Part shown: piece after piece, positions 36,652-47,134 of the stretch | Layout of the letters: each line of letters begins with the position of its first letter | How positions within the stretch are numbered: position 1 is the first letter of the stretch | Assembly (NCBI GenBank): GCA_965215195.1 | Contig: CBDCDC010000002.1 | Span: 352,001 to 416,000, forward strand | DNA: 64,000 nucleotides | Source: Candidatus Latescibacterota bacterium | GTDB lineage: Bacteria > Latescibacterota > UBA2968 > UBA8231 | Direction: 5' to 3' | Made by a program: the position numbers and the translations under genes | The notes under the pieces: generated by a model | What the model saw: only the letters and a program-made list of their open reading frames with translations | Told to the model about the DNA's origin: nothing | Database searches by the model: none

Positions 36652-38399
36652 TTTTTCGGAGGAATGCTATGCGGGGTCTGTTGTTGTGCTTGGTGGGGGT
36701 GCTGTTGGTCGGCTGTGGAGACCGGGGGCACGAGAACGTGCCGCGGAGCCGCACCTTGATCATGGACTGTTCCAGCTTGCAGGATTGTAGCGGGCAGATC
36801 AAGGATTACAACTCGTTTAACCCGTTTTTGCTGACCGGCGTTTCCAAGACGGGTTGGAACTTCCAGTACGAGCCGCTGTATTTCTACAACGCCTACAGCC
36901 CGCAAGCCGACAACATCATTCCTTGGATCGCCACCGGGCACGAGTACAACGAAGACTATACCGCGATCACCATCCACATCCGCGAGGGGGTCGAGTGGAG
37001 CGATGGGCAGCCGTGGACCGCGCACGACTTGGTCTTTACGATCAACATGCTCAAGGACCACGCGCCGCATCTGTCTTTTTCCACCGACATGCAGACGTGG
37101 GTACAGAGCGCGGTGGCCAGCGACGCCCACACGGCCCAAATCGCGCTGACCAAGCCCAATCCGCGCTTTGTCTTTAGCTACTTCACCAACAACTTCGACA
37201 ACGGCATTCCCATTGTACCCAAGCACATTTGGGAGGGCCAAGACCCGCAGACGTTCAACAACTTCGACCCGCAAAAAGGCTGGCCCGTGGCCAGCGGCCC
37301 GTACGAGATTTTCATTTCCGTGCCCGCGCAGCGGGTGTGGGATTTGCGCCCGGGCTGGTGGGCGCAGAAGACGGGCTTTCGCCAGCCCCCGGCCGTGGAG
37401 CGCATCATCTACCTGACGCACATGGAGGAGACCAAGCGGGTGCAGAACTTGATCTCCAATGCCATGGACACCTGCCTCGACATCCGGCCGCCGAACATGC
37501 AATCGATTCTCGACGCCAATCCCAACGTTTCTACGTGGACCGGGCGCGCACTGCCGCACGGGTATCTCGACTGGTGGCCGGTGTGCTTGGGGTTCAACAA
37601 CTTGGAGCCGCCGTTTGACGACCCGGCGATCCGCCGCGCCATCAACTACGCCATTGACCGCGACCAGTTGGTAGCCATTGGCTGGCAGGGGGCCGGGACC
37701 AAATCGCATCTGCCGCTGCCGGACTTTCCGCCCCTGCGCCAATACACCGACTCGATCCAAGACTTGGTGGAAAAGTACGAGGTCGGCGTCCACGCCCCGG
37801 CCAAGGCTGCGGCGATTATGGAGCGCAAGGGGTGGACTAAGGACGCCGAGGGCTTCTGGATCAAAGAGGGCGAGCGGCTCAAAATTGTCATCGACATTTT
37901 CGATATTTTTACGGACTTAGCGCCGGTCTTGGTGGCGCAGTTGGAGCGGGCGGGTTTTGACGCGGACTTCCGCATGACGCCCGATGCGTTTTCGCGGATG
38001 GCGCAGGGCACGGCGCGGGCCTTTTTGATGGGCAACGGCGCGAGCGTACGCGATCCGTACTTCACCTTGCGGCTCTATCACAGCCGCTTCGTCCGGCCCA
38101 CCGGTACGCACTCCGAGCGGTTTTGGCGCTGGTCGAACCCGGCGTTTGACGCCCTAGTCGATCGGATGGGGCAGACCGCGCCCGACGACCCGGCGCTAAA
38201 AATGCTCTTTCGCGAGGCCATGGAAATCTGGCTGGCCGAGCTGCCTTCCATTCCCATCGTGCAGTGGTATCACCGCATCCCGCACAACCAGACCTATTGG
38301 AAGAACTGGCCGTCGGCGCAAAATCCCTATATCAACAGTGCCTACTGGCACAACACGTGGCTGTTGGTGTTGCTCGGGCTGGAGCCGGTGGCGGGGTAA
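36648..38399 (+). CDS. ABC transporter substrate-binding lipoprotein, family 5
   Basis: LVGC lipobox, IREGVEWSDGQPWTAHD and RRAINYAIDR motifs. The start may be the ATG at 36669. Confidence 0.9.
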   Translation: MIFRRNAMRGLLLCLVGVLLVGCGDRGHENVPRSRTLIMDCSSLQDCSGQIKDYNSFNPFLLTGVSKTGWNFQYEPLYFYNAYSPQADNIIPWIATGHEYNEDYTAITIHIREGVEWSDGQPWTAHDLVFTINMLKDHAPHLSFSTDMQTWVQSAVASDAHTAQIALTKPNPRFVFSYFTNNFDNGIPIVPKHIWEGQDPQTFNNFDPQKGWPVASGPYEIFISVPAQRVWDLRPGWWAQKTGFRQPPAVERIIYLTHMEETKRVQNLISNAMDTCLDIRPPNMQSILDANPNVSTWTGRALPHGYLDWWPVCLGFNNLEPPFDDPAIRRAINYAIDRDQLVAIGWQGAGTKSHLPLPDFPPLRQYTDSIQDLVEKYEVGVHAPAKAAAIMERKGWTKDAEGFWIKEGERLKIVIDIFDIFTDLAPVLVAQLERAGFDADFRMTPDAFSRMAQGTARAFLMGNGASVRDPYFTLRLYHSRFVRPTGTHSERFWRWSNPAFDALVDRMGQTAPDDPALKMLFREAMEIWLAELPSIPIVQWYHRIPHNQTYWKNWPSAQNPYINSAYWHNTWLLVLLGLEPVAG

Positions 38400-38401
38400 A
38401 C

Positions 38402-38613
38402 GCTATAAAGGAGGTCAAGTTCGTTGGTTCCTCTCAACGACCTCCGCGCCTTTCCAAAAGCTCCACGCCAAGATATGGGTCGCCCAAGGGCTTGATCCGC
38501 ATGACTGGAGGCCCATGCGGAGTGTGGGCCGCGGTGTTCGCGAGATTCGTATTCTCGATGAGGGCAATAACTACCGCTGCATGTACGTGACGAACATTGG
38601 CGATGCCGTCTGA
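38402..38613 (+). pseudogene. RelE/HigB (Gp49-like) toxin pseudogene
   Basis: Fragments in different frames: IKEVKFVGSS / LNDLRAFPKAPRQDMGR / QGLDPHDWRPMRSVGRGVREIRI...YRCMYVTNIGDAV. The C-terminus is missing. Confidence 0.8.
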
Positions 38614-38860
38614 CAGCCCCGCAGAAGCGGCTAACCTCAAGCTCCGTTCTCTGCTAATGGATGCTATAAAGTCGTACATTGACCAAGAGAAACTCACTCA
38701 GGAAGAGGCGGCCAAATGGCTTGGTGTGACGCGATCGCGTGTGAGTGAACTCGTCAATGGCCGAATCAGCAAATTCACCATTGACAAGCTAGTGGCCGCA
38801 CGAGTTGGGCTGACTACTCGGATTACTGTCAAGAGGGAAGAAGTCGTAGAGGTAGGATAA
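38597..38860 (+). CDS. XRE/HigA-type HTH antitoxin, probably N-terminally truncated
   Basis: SPAEAANLKLRSLLM...LTQEEAAKWLGVTRSRVSELVNGRISKFTIDKL. Confidence 0.75.
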   Translation: MAMPSDSPAEAANLKLRSLLMDAIKSYIDQEKLTQEEAAKWLGVTRSRVSELVNGRISKFTIDKLVAARVGLTTRITVKREEVVEVG

Positions 38861-38873
38861 AAGGAGAAGCACC

Positions 38874-39740
38874 ATGCGCTATCGGCGATTTGGGCGCACG
38901 GAATTGCAAGTGAGCGCGGTCAGCTTGGGTGGGGCTTACTTGGGGGGCAAGGATCCAGAGCGCGCCGAAGAAAACGCTCGGGCGATTGTGCAGTGCGCGT
39001 TGGATTTGGGCTGCAATTACATCGACACAGCACCGCTCTACGGGGTGAGCGAAGAACTGCTGGGCAAGGCGCTGGCAGGGGAGCGCCGCCCCTTTTACTT
39101 GGCGACCAAGGTGGGGTTTAGGCCGGAAGGATTTGACTACCGGCGCGATTCGGTCTTGCAGAGCTTGGAGCGCAGCTTGGCCTTGTTGGGCCTAACTAAG
39201 CTCGCGGTGGCGCAGATCCACGAGGTGAACATGGCGGGCTGGGAGCGGATCGTGGAAAAGGGCGGGACGTTGGAGGGCTTGCGCGCCGCGCAAAAACAGG
39301 GGTTGTGCGATTTTATCGGCGCGACGGGCCGGGCCATCCCCCTGTTGGCACAGCTAGCGGCGACTGGAGAATTTGATACGGTCCTGTGCTACCACGACTA
39401 CCATCCCTGTGTGCAGTTAGCCGCGGAGGCCGTCTTGCCGGCCGCCGCGCAAAGCGATATGGGCGTGGTGCTGGCGACGGTGTTAGCTGGGGGTATGTAC
39501 GTCGCTGGCAAGGGCCAGTGCGCGGCGGTGGAGCGTCGATTTGAGCGCGAGGAAGAGCGACAGCGGGCTTGGGCGACGATCGCCCGGCTGGCGCAGGAGG
39601 AATCCACCTTGCCGCAGAGCGCGTTCCGCTGGGTCTTGGCCGACGAGCGGGTCTCGACCGTGGCCAGCGGCGCGGCGAGCGTGGCCGAGCTAGCGGAAGT
39701 GGCGCAGGCTGGGGATATGGTGCCGCTGGAGCGTGAATAG
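38874..39740 (+). CDS. Aldo/keto reductase
   Basis: MRYRRFGRTELQVS, IDTAPLYG and ATKVG motifs. Confidence 0.88.
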   Translation: MRYRRFGRTELQVSAVSLGGAYLGGKDPERAEENARAIVQCALDLGCNYIDTAPLYGVSEELLGKALAGERRPFYLATKVGFRPEGFDYRRDSVLQSLERSLALLGLTKLAVAQIHEVNMAGWERIVEKGGTLEGLRAAQKQGLCDFIGATGRAIPLLAQLAATGEFDTVLCYHDYHPCVQLAAEAVLPAAAQSDMGVVLATVLAGGMYVAGKGQCAAVERRFEREEERQRAWATIARLAQEESTLPQSAFRWVLADERVSTVASGAASVAELAEVAQAGDMVPLERE

Positions 39741-39753
39741 GCCGCGGTCGCGC

Positions 39754-40155
39754 TCAGAGCTTGATGACGGCGATGAGGACGCCGGTGATGGCCACCAACG
39801 TGCCCATCATCCACAGGAAATAGGTGTCCATGCGCTTGTGGACGGCGCGGATCTGCTCGCTCAATAAGCGATTGGTCTCGTCAATGCGCTTGTTGGTCTC
39901 TTTGAGACCGTCATTGAATAAGCGGTTGGTCTCGTCGATGCGCTTGTGGACGACTCCTATTTCGGTGTGTAGGGCTTGAATGTCGTGGGTGCGCAGGGCT
40001 TGAATGTCATTGTGTGATTGGATGCGCAGGGCTTGAATGTCGTTGTGTGATTGGATGCGCAGGGCTTAGATGTCGTCGTGCAGATAGCTAATGCTCCAAG
40101 GCATTTCTTCGGGGATGGGGATCGCACGGGTTTGCGGATCGGTGCTCTCGCTCAT
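39754..40155 (-). pseudogene. Coiled-coil repeat protein with a C-terminal membrane anchor (DUF1640/Bdr-like), interrupted by an in-frame TAA
   Basis: aggag RBS, then MSESTDPQ...YLHDDI*ALRIQSHNDIQALRIQSHNDIQAL...KRIDETN...FLWMMGTLVAITGVLIAVIKL*. The stop at 40066-40068 replaces the repeat's CAA. Not in the ORF track. Confidence 0.75.
39971..40080. repeat. 33-bp coding tandem repeat
   Basis: agggcttgaatgtc(a/g)ttgtgtgattggatgcgc occurs twice, plus a 24-bp variant and a partial copy. Confidence 0.85.
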
Positions 40156-40319
40156 GGCCGGGCTCCTAAGTTAGGCGAGGATGGGACAAATATAAACCGA
40201 GTGCTAAAAACCACATGTACATACTGCAATATCCATGCCAGCACCCATAGTCTGACAAAGCGGCTTGTGCTCGGCGCAAACTGTGTCCAACAATACCCAT
40301 CAGTGGATACCTCTCGACA

Positions 40320-41372
40320 TTAAATCCAGCCGTGCTGGCCGGTCACAGGCGCGCCAGAAATCTGGGTTTGCCAATGCGGGCCGCGGCCTATTTTGACCTC
40401 GCGCCGGGTGAGGGACGAGGCTTCGGCCGCGAAGAGGATTTCCATGATGTGTCGCCCGTATTGGCCGTGGGTCGGCGGCTCGATGTTGAGCGCGATGGCC
40501 TCGGCAAAGCTCTTCCACTCGTGGTACATCTCGGTCGGCGCGTCCGCAAACGGGACGTCTTCCCACGCATCGCCGCGGCCTATTTTGACGTACTTCTCGC
40601 CGTGCTGGCTGAAGCGCAGTGAGCCGTTGGCGCAAATCACTTGGCATTCAAAATTCGGCGCTCCGTCGGCGTACCCCACGGCCACGGCCGTGCCGGCGAG
40701 GCCGTTCTTGTAGCGAATAAAGGCCGTGGCCGAATCGTCGCCGGCTTGGTAGTGAGCGCGGGTGCCAATGGCGGCCGAGACCGACGCAGCTTGCGAAGCC
40801 ATCACCCACGTGAGCCGATCGACGACGTGGACCCCATTGGTCAACCACATGCCGCCGCCGTGAAAGCGGCTGCGGTACTGGGGCCGGCGGCCAGCGAAAT
40901 TCCAGTTTTTCGCCATGTAGCTGACAGCCGTAATCACCGGGCCGAGCTGGCCGGAGTCGAGAATTTCCTTGGCCTTGAGGCTGGTGCTGTAAAAGTGCTG
41001 CGACAGCCCGACCATCAGCTTGACCTTGTTTTCCGCGGCCGCGGCGACCATGGCGTCGCATTGCGCTAGGCTGATGGCCATGGGCTTTTCCACGAGTACG
41101 TGCTTGCCGGCGCGGCAGGCGTCGATGGTGAGCTGGTGGTGCAACTGGTGCCCGAGCACGATGGCGACTGCGTCGACGTCGGCATCCGCCAAGAGTTCGT
41201 GGTGCGTTGGATAGCCCTTGGGGATGTGGTACTGGTCCATGTACTCGCGCCGCTTCTCCTCGAATAGATCGGCGACTGCTACTACTTCTACTGGGTCGAG
41301 ATGGGCGATTGCATCGCAGTGGGAGCGGGCGATGCCGCCGAGGCCAATGATGCCTACTTTGAGCGCTGCCAT
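40320..41372 (-). CDS. Gfo/Idh/MocA family oxidoreductase
   Basis: KVGIIGLGGIA, GKHVLVEKPMA and GGGMWLTNGVH motifs. Confidence 0.9.
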   Translation of the reverse strand: MAALKVGIIGLGGIARSHCDAIAHLDPVEVVAVADLFEEKRREYMDQYHIPKGYPTHHELLADADVDAVAIVLGHQLHHQLTIDACRAGKHVLVEKPMAISLAQCDAMVAAAAENKVKLMVGLSQHFYSTSLKAKEILDSGQLGPVITAVSYMAKNWNFAGRRPQYRSRFHGGGMWLTNGVHVVDRLTWVMASQAASVSAAIGTRAHYQAGDDSATAFIRYKNGLAGTAVAVGYADGAPNFECQVICANGSLRFSQHGEKYVKIGRGDAWEDVPFADAPTEMYHEWKSFAEAIALNIEPPTHGQYGRHIMEILFAAEASSLTRREVKIGRGPHWQTQISGAPVTGQHGWI

Positions 41373-41509
41373 AGAGCGTCCTTTTGTGAATGAGGGTGCG
41401 CTAAGTATAGAATGCGGCTTGCGCAGCGACAAATGGCCGCGCATTTGCGCCGAGATACACAATGTCCTAAGATGCTCTAAGCAGCCGTCTTAACACCCCC
41501 GGCGACTAT

Positions 41510-41602
41510 TGGTTAGTGGCCAATGGCCAGTGATTAGTGGTGTCCCGCACCACAGGGTCGAGGATGGGTTGCGACCTAACCACTATCTACTAACCACTTC
41601 TA
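41510..41602. repeat. Inverted arrays of heptamer repeats
   Basis: TGGTTAG TGGCCAA TGGCCAG TGATTAG ... CTAACCA CTATCTA CTAACCA, ending just before the ATG at 41603. Confidence 0.6.
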
Positions 41603-43546
41603 ATGCCCGGTAATTTTACCTATCGCTCGTTCGCCGTGGGTGCGTTGCTCTCGCTGGCGATCAATGTGTTTTTCGCGTATGCGCGGCTGGCGATGGCCAC
41701 TGCGGGCATGTCCTCGGATTACATCACGGCCGGGGCGGTGTTCCTGTTCTTCCTGTTGGTAGCTTTTGTCAATCCCGCGCTCAAGCTGATGCGCCGTGCT
41801 TGGGGCTTTAACCGCTCCGAGCTGATCGTCATCTACGCGATGATGATCATTGGTTCGGCCATTCCCACGTGGGGCTTTACGGGCAATTTGATCGCCATGT
41901 TGCCCAATATCTACTACTATGCTACTCCCGAGAACAACTGGTCGGAACTGCTGCACCCTTATGTCCGCGAGTGGATGGTGCCGCAGGATCCAGACGCGAT
42001 CAAGTACTTCTTCGAGGGCCTGCCCAAGGGGCAGCCCATCCCCTGGGAACACTGGATCGTGCCGCTGGCGGCTTGGATCTCGTTCATTCTGTCGATCTAC
42101 CTGATGATGATCGCCATTGCGTCGATCGTCCGCCGCCAGTGGGTTGACTACGACCGCTTGACCTTTCCGCTGTTGCAGCTACCCATTGACCTGACCGAAG
42201 AAAGCAAGGGCGGCTCCATCGTCGGGCCGCTACTCAAAAGGCCGCTTTTGTGGATCGGGTTTGCGCTGCCCTTTGTGCTGCATAGCACCAACGCCTTAAA
42301 CCACTATTTCCCCTTTATCCCGGCCGTGCAGTTGCGCCACAGCATCTCCCTGTTTAACAATGCGCTGGGGCTGACGACCAATGTGAACTTCGCGGCACTG
42401 GGGTTGGCGTACTTTTTGAGCTTAGACGTGGGGCTGAGCATTTGGCTCTTCCACTTGCTGACCAAAGTGCAGATCACCACTGAGAACGTCCTCGGCTATT
42501 CCCTGCCCGGCCGCCGCGACCTGTTTATGGAAGGTTCGATGTCAGTGTCTTACGAGGGCATGGGGGCCATGCTGGTGCTGGTGCTCTACGGGCTGTGGAA
42601 CAGCCGCGGCTATCTGCGGCGGGTCTGGCGCAAGGCCCTGTACAACGAGGGGGGGTTGGACGATTCGCAGGAGATCCTCTCGTATCGGGCGGCACTCGTG
42701 GTCTTGGTCCTGGCCAGCGCGTATGCCACCGGCTGGCTGACCCTATCGGGTGTGCCGTGGTGGGTTTCGCTGTTTTTTCTCTTTATCGCCTTTTGCATCT
42801 TCTATGGGCTGACGCGGATCGTGGCCGAGGGCGGGTTGGGCTTTGCGCGGGCGCAGATGACGGCGCAGCCGTTTGTGATCGACGCGGTGGGCACGGAGGC
42901 GATTGGTCCGTCGGGGCTGGTGAGCTTGGGGATGACCTTTAGCTGGGCGGGCGATCTGCGCACCATGGTGATGGCCTCGGCCATCAACGGTCTCAAGTTG
43001 GCCGATATTGGCCAAGTGCGGGGACGGCCCCTGTTCTGGGCGCTGATGCTCTCAATAGGGGTCGGCTTGGCGGGGTCGATCTGGATGGTGGTGTGGATGG
43101 GCTACCAGTACGGGGGCATCAATTTGGACTGGTGGTTCTACAACCGCTTCGGCGAAATAATCCACGGCGACTCGGCCTACAAGATCGCCAACCCGAGGCA
43201 CCCCTTGGGCGACTTCGACGAGATTGGGCCGCGCTTCCTGTTCGCGGGGATCGGCGCGGGGATCATGGGGTTGTTGATGTACGCCCGGCACCACTTCCTC
43301 TGGTGGCCGGTGCATTACCTCGGCTTCCCCATCGGCGCGACCCTGACGATCATCTGGACGTGGTTTGGCATTTTCATCGGCTGGCTCTTAAAGGCGCTGG
43401 TGCTCAAATACGGCGGTGTGGTGCTCTACCGGCAGCTACGGCCGCTGTTTTTGGGGTTGATTTTGGGGCACATTTTTGTGTCGGGATTCTGGGTGTTCTT
43501 CGACTATATCACCGGGGAGACCGGCAATCGGATTCCCATTTACTGA
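41603..43546 (+). CDS. DUF6785/DUF6784-like polytopic membrane protein (putative transporter)
   Basis: ELIVIYAM, YYYATPENNW, IPWEHWIVPL, RQWVDYDRLTFPL, WWPVHYLGF and YGGVVLYRQLRPLFLGLILG. Confidence 0.75.
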   Translation: MPGNFTYRSFAVGALLSLAINVFFAYARLAMATAGMSSDYITAGAVFLFFLLVAFVNPALKLMRRAWGFNRSELIVIYAMMIIGSAIPTWGFTGNLIAMLPNIYYYATPENNWSELLHPYVREWMVPQDPDAIKYFFEGLPKGQPIPWEHWIVPLAAWISFILSIYLMMIAIASIVRRQWVDYDRLTFPLLQLPIDLTEESKGGSIVGPLLKRPLLWIGFALPFVLHSTNALNHYFPFIPAVQLRHSISLFNNALGLTTNVNFAALGLAYFLSLDVGLSIWLFHLLTKVQITTENVLGYSLPGRRDLFMEGSMSVSYEGMGAMLVLVLYGLWNSRGYLRRVWRKALYNEGGLDDSQEILSYRAALVVLVLASAYATGWLTLSGVPWWVSLFFLFIAFCIFYGLTRIVAEGGLGFARAQMTAQPFVIDAVGTEAIGPSGLVSLGMTFSWAGDLRTMVMASAINGLKLADIGQVRGRPLFWALMLSIGVGLAGSIWMVVWMGYQYGGINLDWWFYNRFGEIIHGDSAYKIANPRHPLGDFDEIGPRFLFAGIGAGIMGLLMYARHHFLWWPVHYLGFPIGATLTIIWTWFGIFIGWLLKALVLKYGGVVLYRQLRPLFLGLILGHIFVSGFWVFFDYITGETGNRIPIY

Positions 43547-43556
43547 GGGAGGCAGC

Positions 43557-44585
43557 ATGCGAGCAGGCGACAGAGAAAAAATTGGCCCGCACGGCTTGGA
43601 GGTGACGCGCTTGGGGCTGGGCGGCACGACCTTTGGCAATATGTATTCGGTGCTGAGCGAACAGGAGGGGCTGGACGTGCTAGACGCGGCTTTTGCGGCC
43701 GGGGTGCGCTACTTCGACACCGCGCCCCTGTATGGCTACGGCCTGAGCGAGACGCGCTTGGGACCGGGTCTGGCGCGTTACCACCGCGACGAGATTGTCC
43801 TTTCCTCCAAAGTGGGCTATACGCTGGTGGAGCGGCAGCCCGGCGACGCCTACGTCGATCTGTTCGTGGATGCGCCCGAGATGACCAGCTATTTCGACTT
43901 CTCGCGCGACGCAGTGCTGCGCTCGATTGAGGGGAGTTTGGAGCGGCTCAAAATGGATCGCCTCGACATGGTGCTGATCCACGACCCGGACGAGGCGAGA
44001 AGCATCGAACCCGATTGGACGCCGGGCGAGCCGGGGTACTTCGATCAAGTGATGGCCGAAACCTATCCCGCGCTCGACGAGCTGCGCCAGCAAAAGGTGA
44101 TCAAGGCCCTCGGCTTGGGTATGAACCAGTGGCAGATGCTGGCCGACTTCGCCCGCGCCGGCGACTTTGACGCCTTTTTGCTGGCCGGCCGCTATACGCT
44201 GCTGGAGCAGGAATCGCTGCGCGAGTTGTTGCCGCTGTGCCTAAAGAAAGGGGTGCGGATCGTCATTGGCGGGCCGTACAACTCGGGGATTTTGGCTAGC
44301 GGAGCGGTCGAAGGTGCGTATTACAACTACGCGCCGGCCGCGGAAGATGTGCTGGCAAAGGTGCGCCGCATTGAGGCGGTCTGCGCTCGGCACGAGGTGC
44401 CCTTGCCGGCCGCAGCCCTGCAATTCCCCTTTGGGCATCCGGCCGTGGCGACCGTCATTCCCGGGGCGCGGACCGTTGCGGAAGTCGCGGCCAATGTGGC
44501 CTGCCTGGAGTACGCGATCGCGGCCGACTGCTGGGCCGAGCTTAAACGGGAAGGGCTGATCGCGGCCGCGGCGCCGACGCCTTAG
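43557..44585 (+). CDS. Aldo/keto reductase (D-threo-aldose/L-fucose dehydrogenase-like)
   Basis: FDTAPLYGYGLSE, FDFSRDAVLRS, LLAGRYTLLEQ and GGPYNSGILA motifs. Confidence 0.88.
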   Translation: MRAGDREKIGPHGLEVTRLGLGGTTFGNMYSVLSEQEGLDVLDAAFAAGVRYFDTAPLYGYGLSETRLGPGLARYHRDEIVLSSKVGYTLVERQPGDAYVDLFVDAPEMTSYFDFSRDAVLRSIEGSLERLKMDRLDMVLIHDPDEARSIEPDWTPGEPGYFDQVMAETYPALDELRQQKVIKALGLGMNQWQMLADFARAGDFDAFLLAGRYTLLEQESLRELLPLCLKKGVRIVIGGPYNSGILASGAVEGAYYNYAPAAEDVLAKVRRIEAVCARHEVPLPAAALQFPFGHPAVATVIPGARTVAEVAANVACLEYAIAADCWAELKREGLIAAAAPTP

Positions 44586-44629
44586 GCCCCCATGCGAACT
44601 ATCCCCATTCACACCAAGGAGTAATCGCG

Positions 44630-47134
44630 ATGTCCAATTGGCCGATGCTCAAGCACTACGATCGGGATCATCTCGCCAGCATGGCCATGCCCATTGGCGG
44701 CATTGGCACGGGCACAGTTTCACTGGGCGGACGCGGGGATTTGCGCGACTGGGAACTGATGAACCGCCCGGCCAAGGGATTTGTCCCGAGGCGCGGGGGA
44801 AGCCAAGGAGATGGGCCGTTTTTTGCCCTGTACGCCAAACCCGCTGGCGGCCCATCCGTCACCCGCGCGCTCGAAGGGCCGGTGGATGTATCCGCATACC
44901 AAGGTGCGCGCGGCAGTGTGGCGGTCAATCACGGGTTGCCGCGCTTTGCACAATGTGCGTTTGCAGCGGCCTATCCACTTGCACAGGTCCATCTGTCCGA
45001 TCCGTGCGTTCCGGTGGCGGTTTGTCTCGAAGCGTTTAACCCGCTCATTCCCGCCAACGCCGATGACAGCGGCATCCCCATGGCGGTGCTGCGCTATACG
45101 CTCACCAATCGGACCAACAAGCGCGTCGCGGCCTCGGTATGCGGCTCGCTGCCCAATTTCATTGGCAACGATGGCGTGGAAGAGTTGGCCCGGGCCAATC
45201 GCAATCGCTTTCGCAAAGCACCCCACTGTCAGGGCATTTTCATGGACAGCGAAGGGGTTGATCCCACCGCCATCAGTTATGGCACTATGGCCCTGACCAC
45301 CACGGCCAAAACGGGTATTACCTATCGCACGGCTTGGAAAAAAGCCGGGTGGGGCACGTCTCTGCTCGACTTTTGGGACGACTTTGCAGCCGATGGCCGG
45401 GTGGAAGAGCGCCCCGGCGAAGGGGCCGACATGCCGAGTACCTCGCTGGCGGTGCGCACCAACATTTTGCCCAAGGCGCACAAGACCATCACCTTCTTGC
45501 TTACGTGGCACTTTCCCAATCGGCACACGTGGTCGCCGGACGACGACCCCTACATTGGCAACTACTATGCGGCGCACTATGGCGATGCGTGGGATGTGGC
45601 CTGCAAAACCGCGCCGCGGCTCAAAAAGCTCGAACGACAGACCGTGCGCTTTGTCCAAGCCTTTGCGGCAAGCGACCTGCCCGCAGTAGTCAAGGAAGCC
45701 GCCCTTTTCAATCTCAGCACCCTGCGTACGCAAACGTGCTTCCGCACCCCCGATGGACGTTTGTTTGGCTGGGAGGGATACGACGATCACAGCGGCTGCT
45801 GCATGGGCTCCTGTACGCATGTGTGGAATTACGAACAAAGTACGGCGTTCCTCTTTGGCGATCTGGCCCGCACGATGCGCGATACCGAATTCAATCACGC
45901 CACCGACGACCAAGGCATGATGAACTTTCGCGTCCATTTGCCCCTCAGGCGCGCCCAAGAATTTGGCAAAGCCGCGGCCGACGGTCAGATGGGCTGTATT
46001 ATGAAAGCCTATCGCGACTGGCAGCTTTGCGGCGACGATGCCTTCCTACAATCAATTTGGCCAAAGGTCCAAAAGGCCCTTGAATTTTGCTGGATCGAAG
46101 GGGGGTGGGACGGCGATGGCGACGGTGTTATGGAGGGCTGTCAGCACAATACCATGGATGTCGAATACTACGGCCCTAATCCACAAATGGGGATATGGTA
46201 TCTGGGTGCTCTGCGCGCCGGCGAGGAAATGGCGGCCCATCTGGGCGAATCCGACTTTGCCCAAACCTGCCGTCGGCTCTACCAGAGTGGTCGCGCCTAC
46301 ATCGACGAGCAATTGTTCAATGGCGAATACTACGAGCATCGCATTGAGCCAGCCAAAAAAGTGGCCGCAGCGCTGCGGCTGGGTATGGGCGCGGCCGAAC
46401 TCTCCGATCCAGATTACCAACTCGGCAGGGGTTGTCTGGTAGATCAGCTCGTTGGCCAGCTTTGCGCCCACGTCTGCGGCTTGGGCTATCTGACCAAACG
46501 CGCCCACGTGCGCCAAACCCTCAAGAGCATCCGCAAGTACAACTACCGCAAGAAGCTGACCGATCACTTCAACTGCATGCGCTCTTATGCCTTGGGCGAT
46601 GAATCGGCCTTGCTCATGGCGAGCTATCCCCACGAGCGGCCCGACAACCCATTCCCTTATTTCACGGAAGTGATGACCGGGTTTGAATACACTGCGGCCA
46701 TTGGCATGCTCTACGAGGGGCAACTCAAAAGCGGTCTGCAAACCATACGCGACATTCGCAATCGCTACGATGGGGCCAAACGCAGTCCCTTTGACGAAGC
46801 CGAATGCGGCCATCACTACGCCCGCGCCATGGTTGCTTGGGCCGGGGTGCTCGCGCTGACGGGATTTAATTATTCGGGGGTTACAAAGTCCATCGCCTTT
46901 GCCGCAAAGCCCGGGACCTTTTTCTGGTCAAACGGTGCTGCTTGGGGCACGGTGTGCATTGCCCAACGCCCGGCGGGCTATGGCATTGCCTTGGATGTTT
47001 TGTATGGGCAGCTCCAAATTAAGCACTTTAAGCTGACCGGCGTGGGCGAGCACACCTTTGAGCGGCAGCTCGTGCTGCGCGAGAATAGCCAACGGACTTT
47101 TGTCGTGGGATCGGGCAAGAAGCATAAAACATGA
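44630..47134 (+). CDS. GH116 glycoside hydrolase (non-lysosomal glucosylceramidase-like)
   Basis: MPIGGIGTG, GSCTHVWNY, AADGQMG, QHNTMD, DQLVGQ, EVMTGFEY and ECGHHYARAM motifs. Confidence 0.88.
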   Translation: MSNWPMLKHYDRDHLASMAMPIGGIGTGTVSLGGRGDLRDWELMNRPAKGFVPRRGGSQGDGPFFALYAKPAGGPSVTRALEGPVDVSAYQGARGSVAVNHGLPRFAQCAFAAAYPLAQVHLSDPCVPVAVCLEAFNPLIPANADDSGIPMAVLRYTLTNRTNKRVAASVCGSLPNFIGNDGVEELARANRNRFRKAPHCQGIFMDSEGVDPTAISYGTMALTTTAKTGITYRTAWKKAGWGTSLLDFWDDFAADGRVEERPGEGADMPSTSLAVRTNILPKAHKTITFLLTWHFPNRHTWSPDDDPYIGNYYAAHYGDAWDVACKTAPRLKKLERQTVRFVQAFAASDLPAVVKEAALFNLSTLRTQTCFRTPDGRLFGWEGYDDHSGCCMGSCTHVWNYEQSTAFLFGDLARTMRDTEFNHATDDQGMMNFRVHLPLRRAQEFGKAAADGQMGCIMKAYRDWQLCGDDAFLQSIWPKVQKALEFCWIEGGWDGDGDGVMEGCQHNTMDVEYYGPNPQMGIWYLGALRAGEEMAAHLGESDFAQTCRRLYQSGRAYIDEQLFNGEYYEHRIEPAKKVAAALRLGMGAAELSDPDYQLGRGCLVDQLVGQLCAHVCGLGYLTKRAHVRQTLKSIRKYNYRKKLTDHFNCMRSYALGDESALLMASYPHERPDNPFPYFTEVMTGFEYTAAIGMLYEGQLKSGLQTIRDIRNRYDGAKRSPFDEAECGHHYARAMVAWAGVLALTGFNYSGVTKSIAFAAKPGTFFWSNGAAWGTVCIAQRPAGYGIALDVLYGQLQIKHFKLTGVGEHTFERQLVLRENSQRTFVVGSGKKHKT

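Noticed and set aside
36537-37793. Long antisense ORFs (also 44720..45958, 788..1645, 62148..63002)
   Set aside because: These are shadow frames of well-supported genes, expected in GC-rich DNA.
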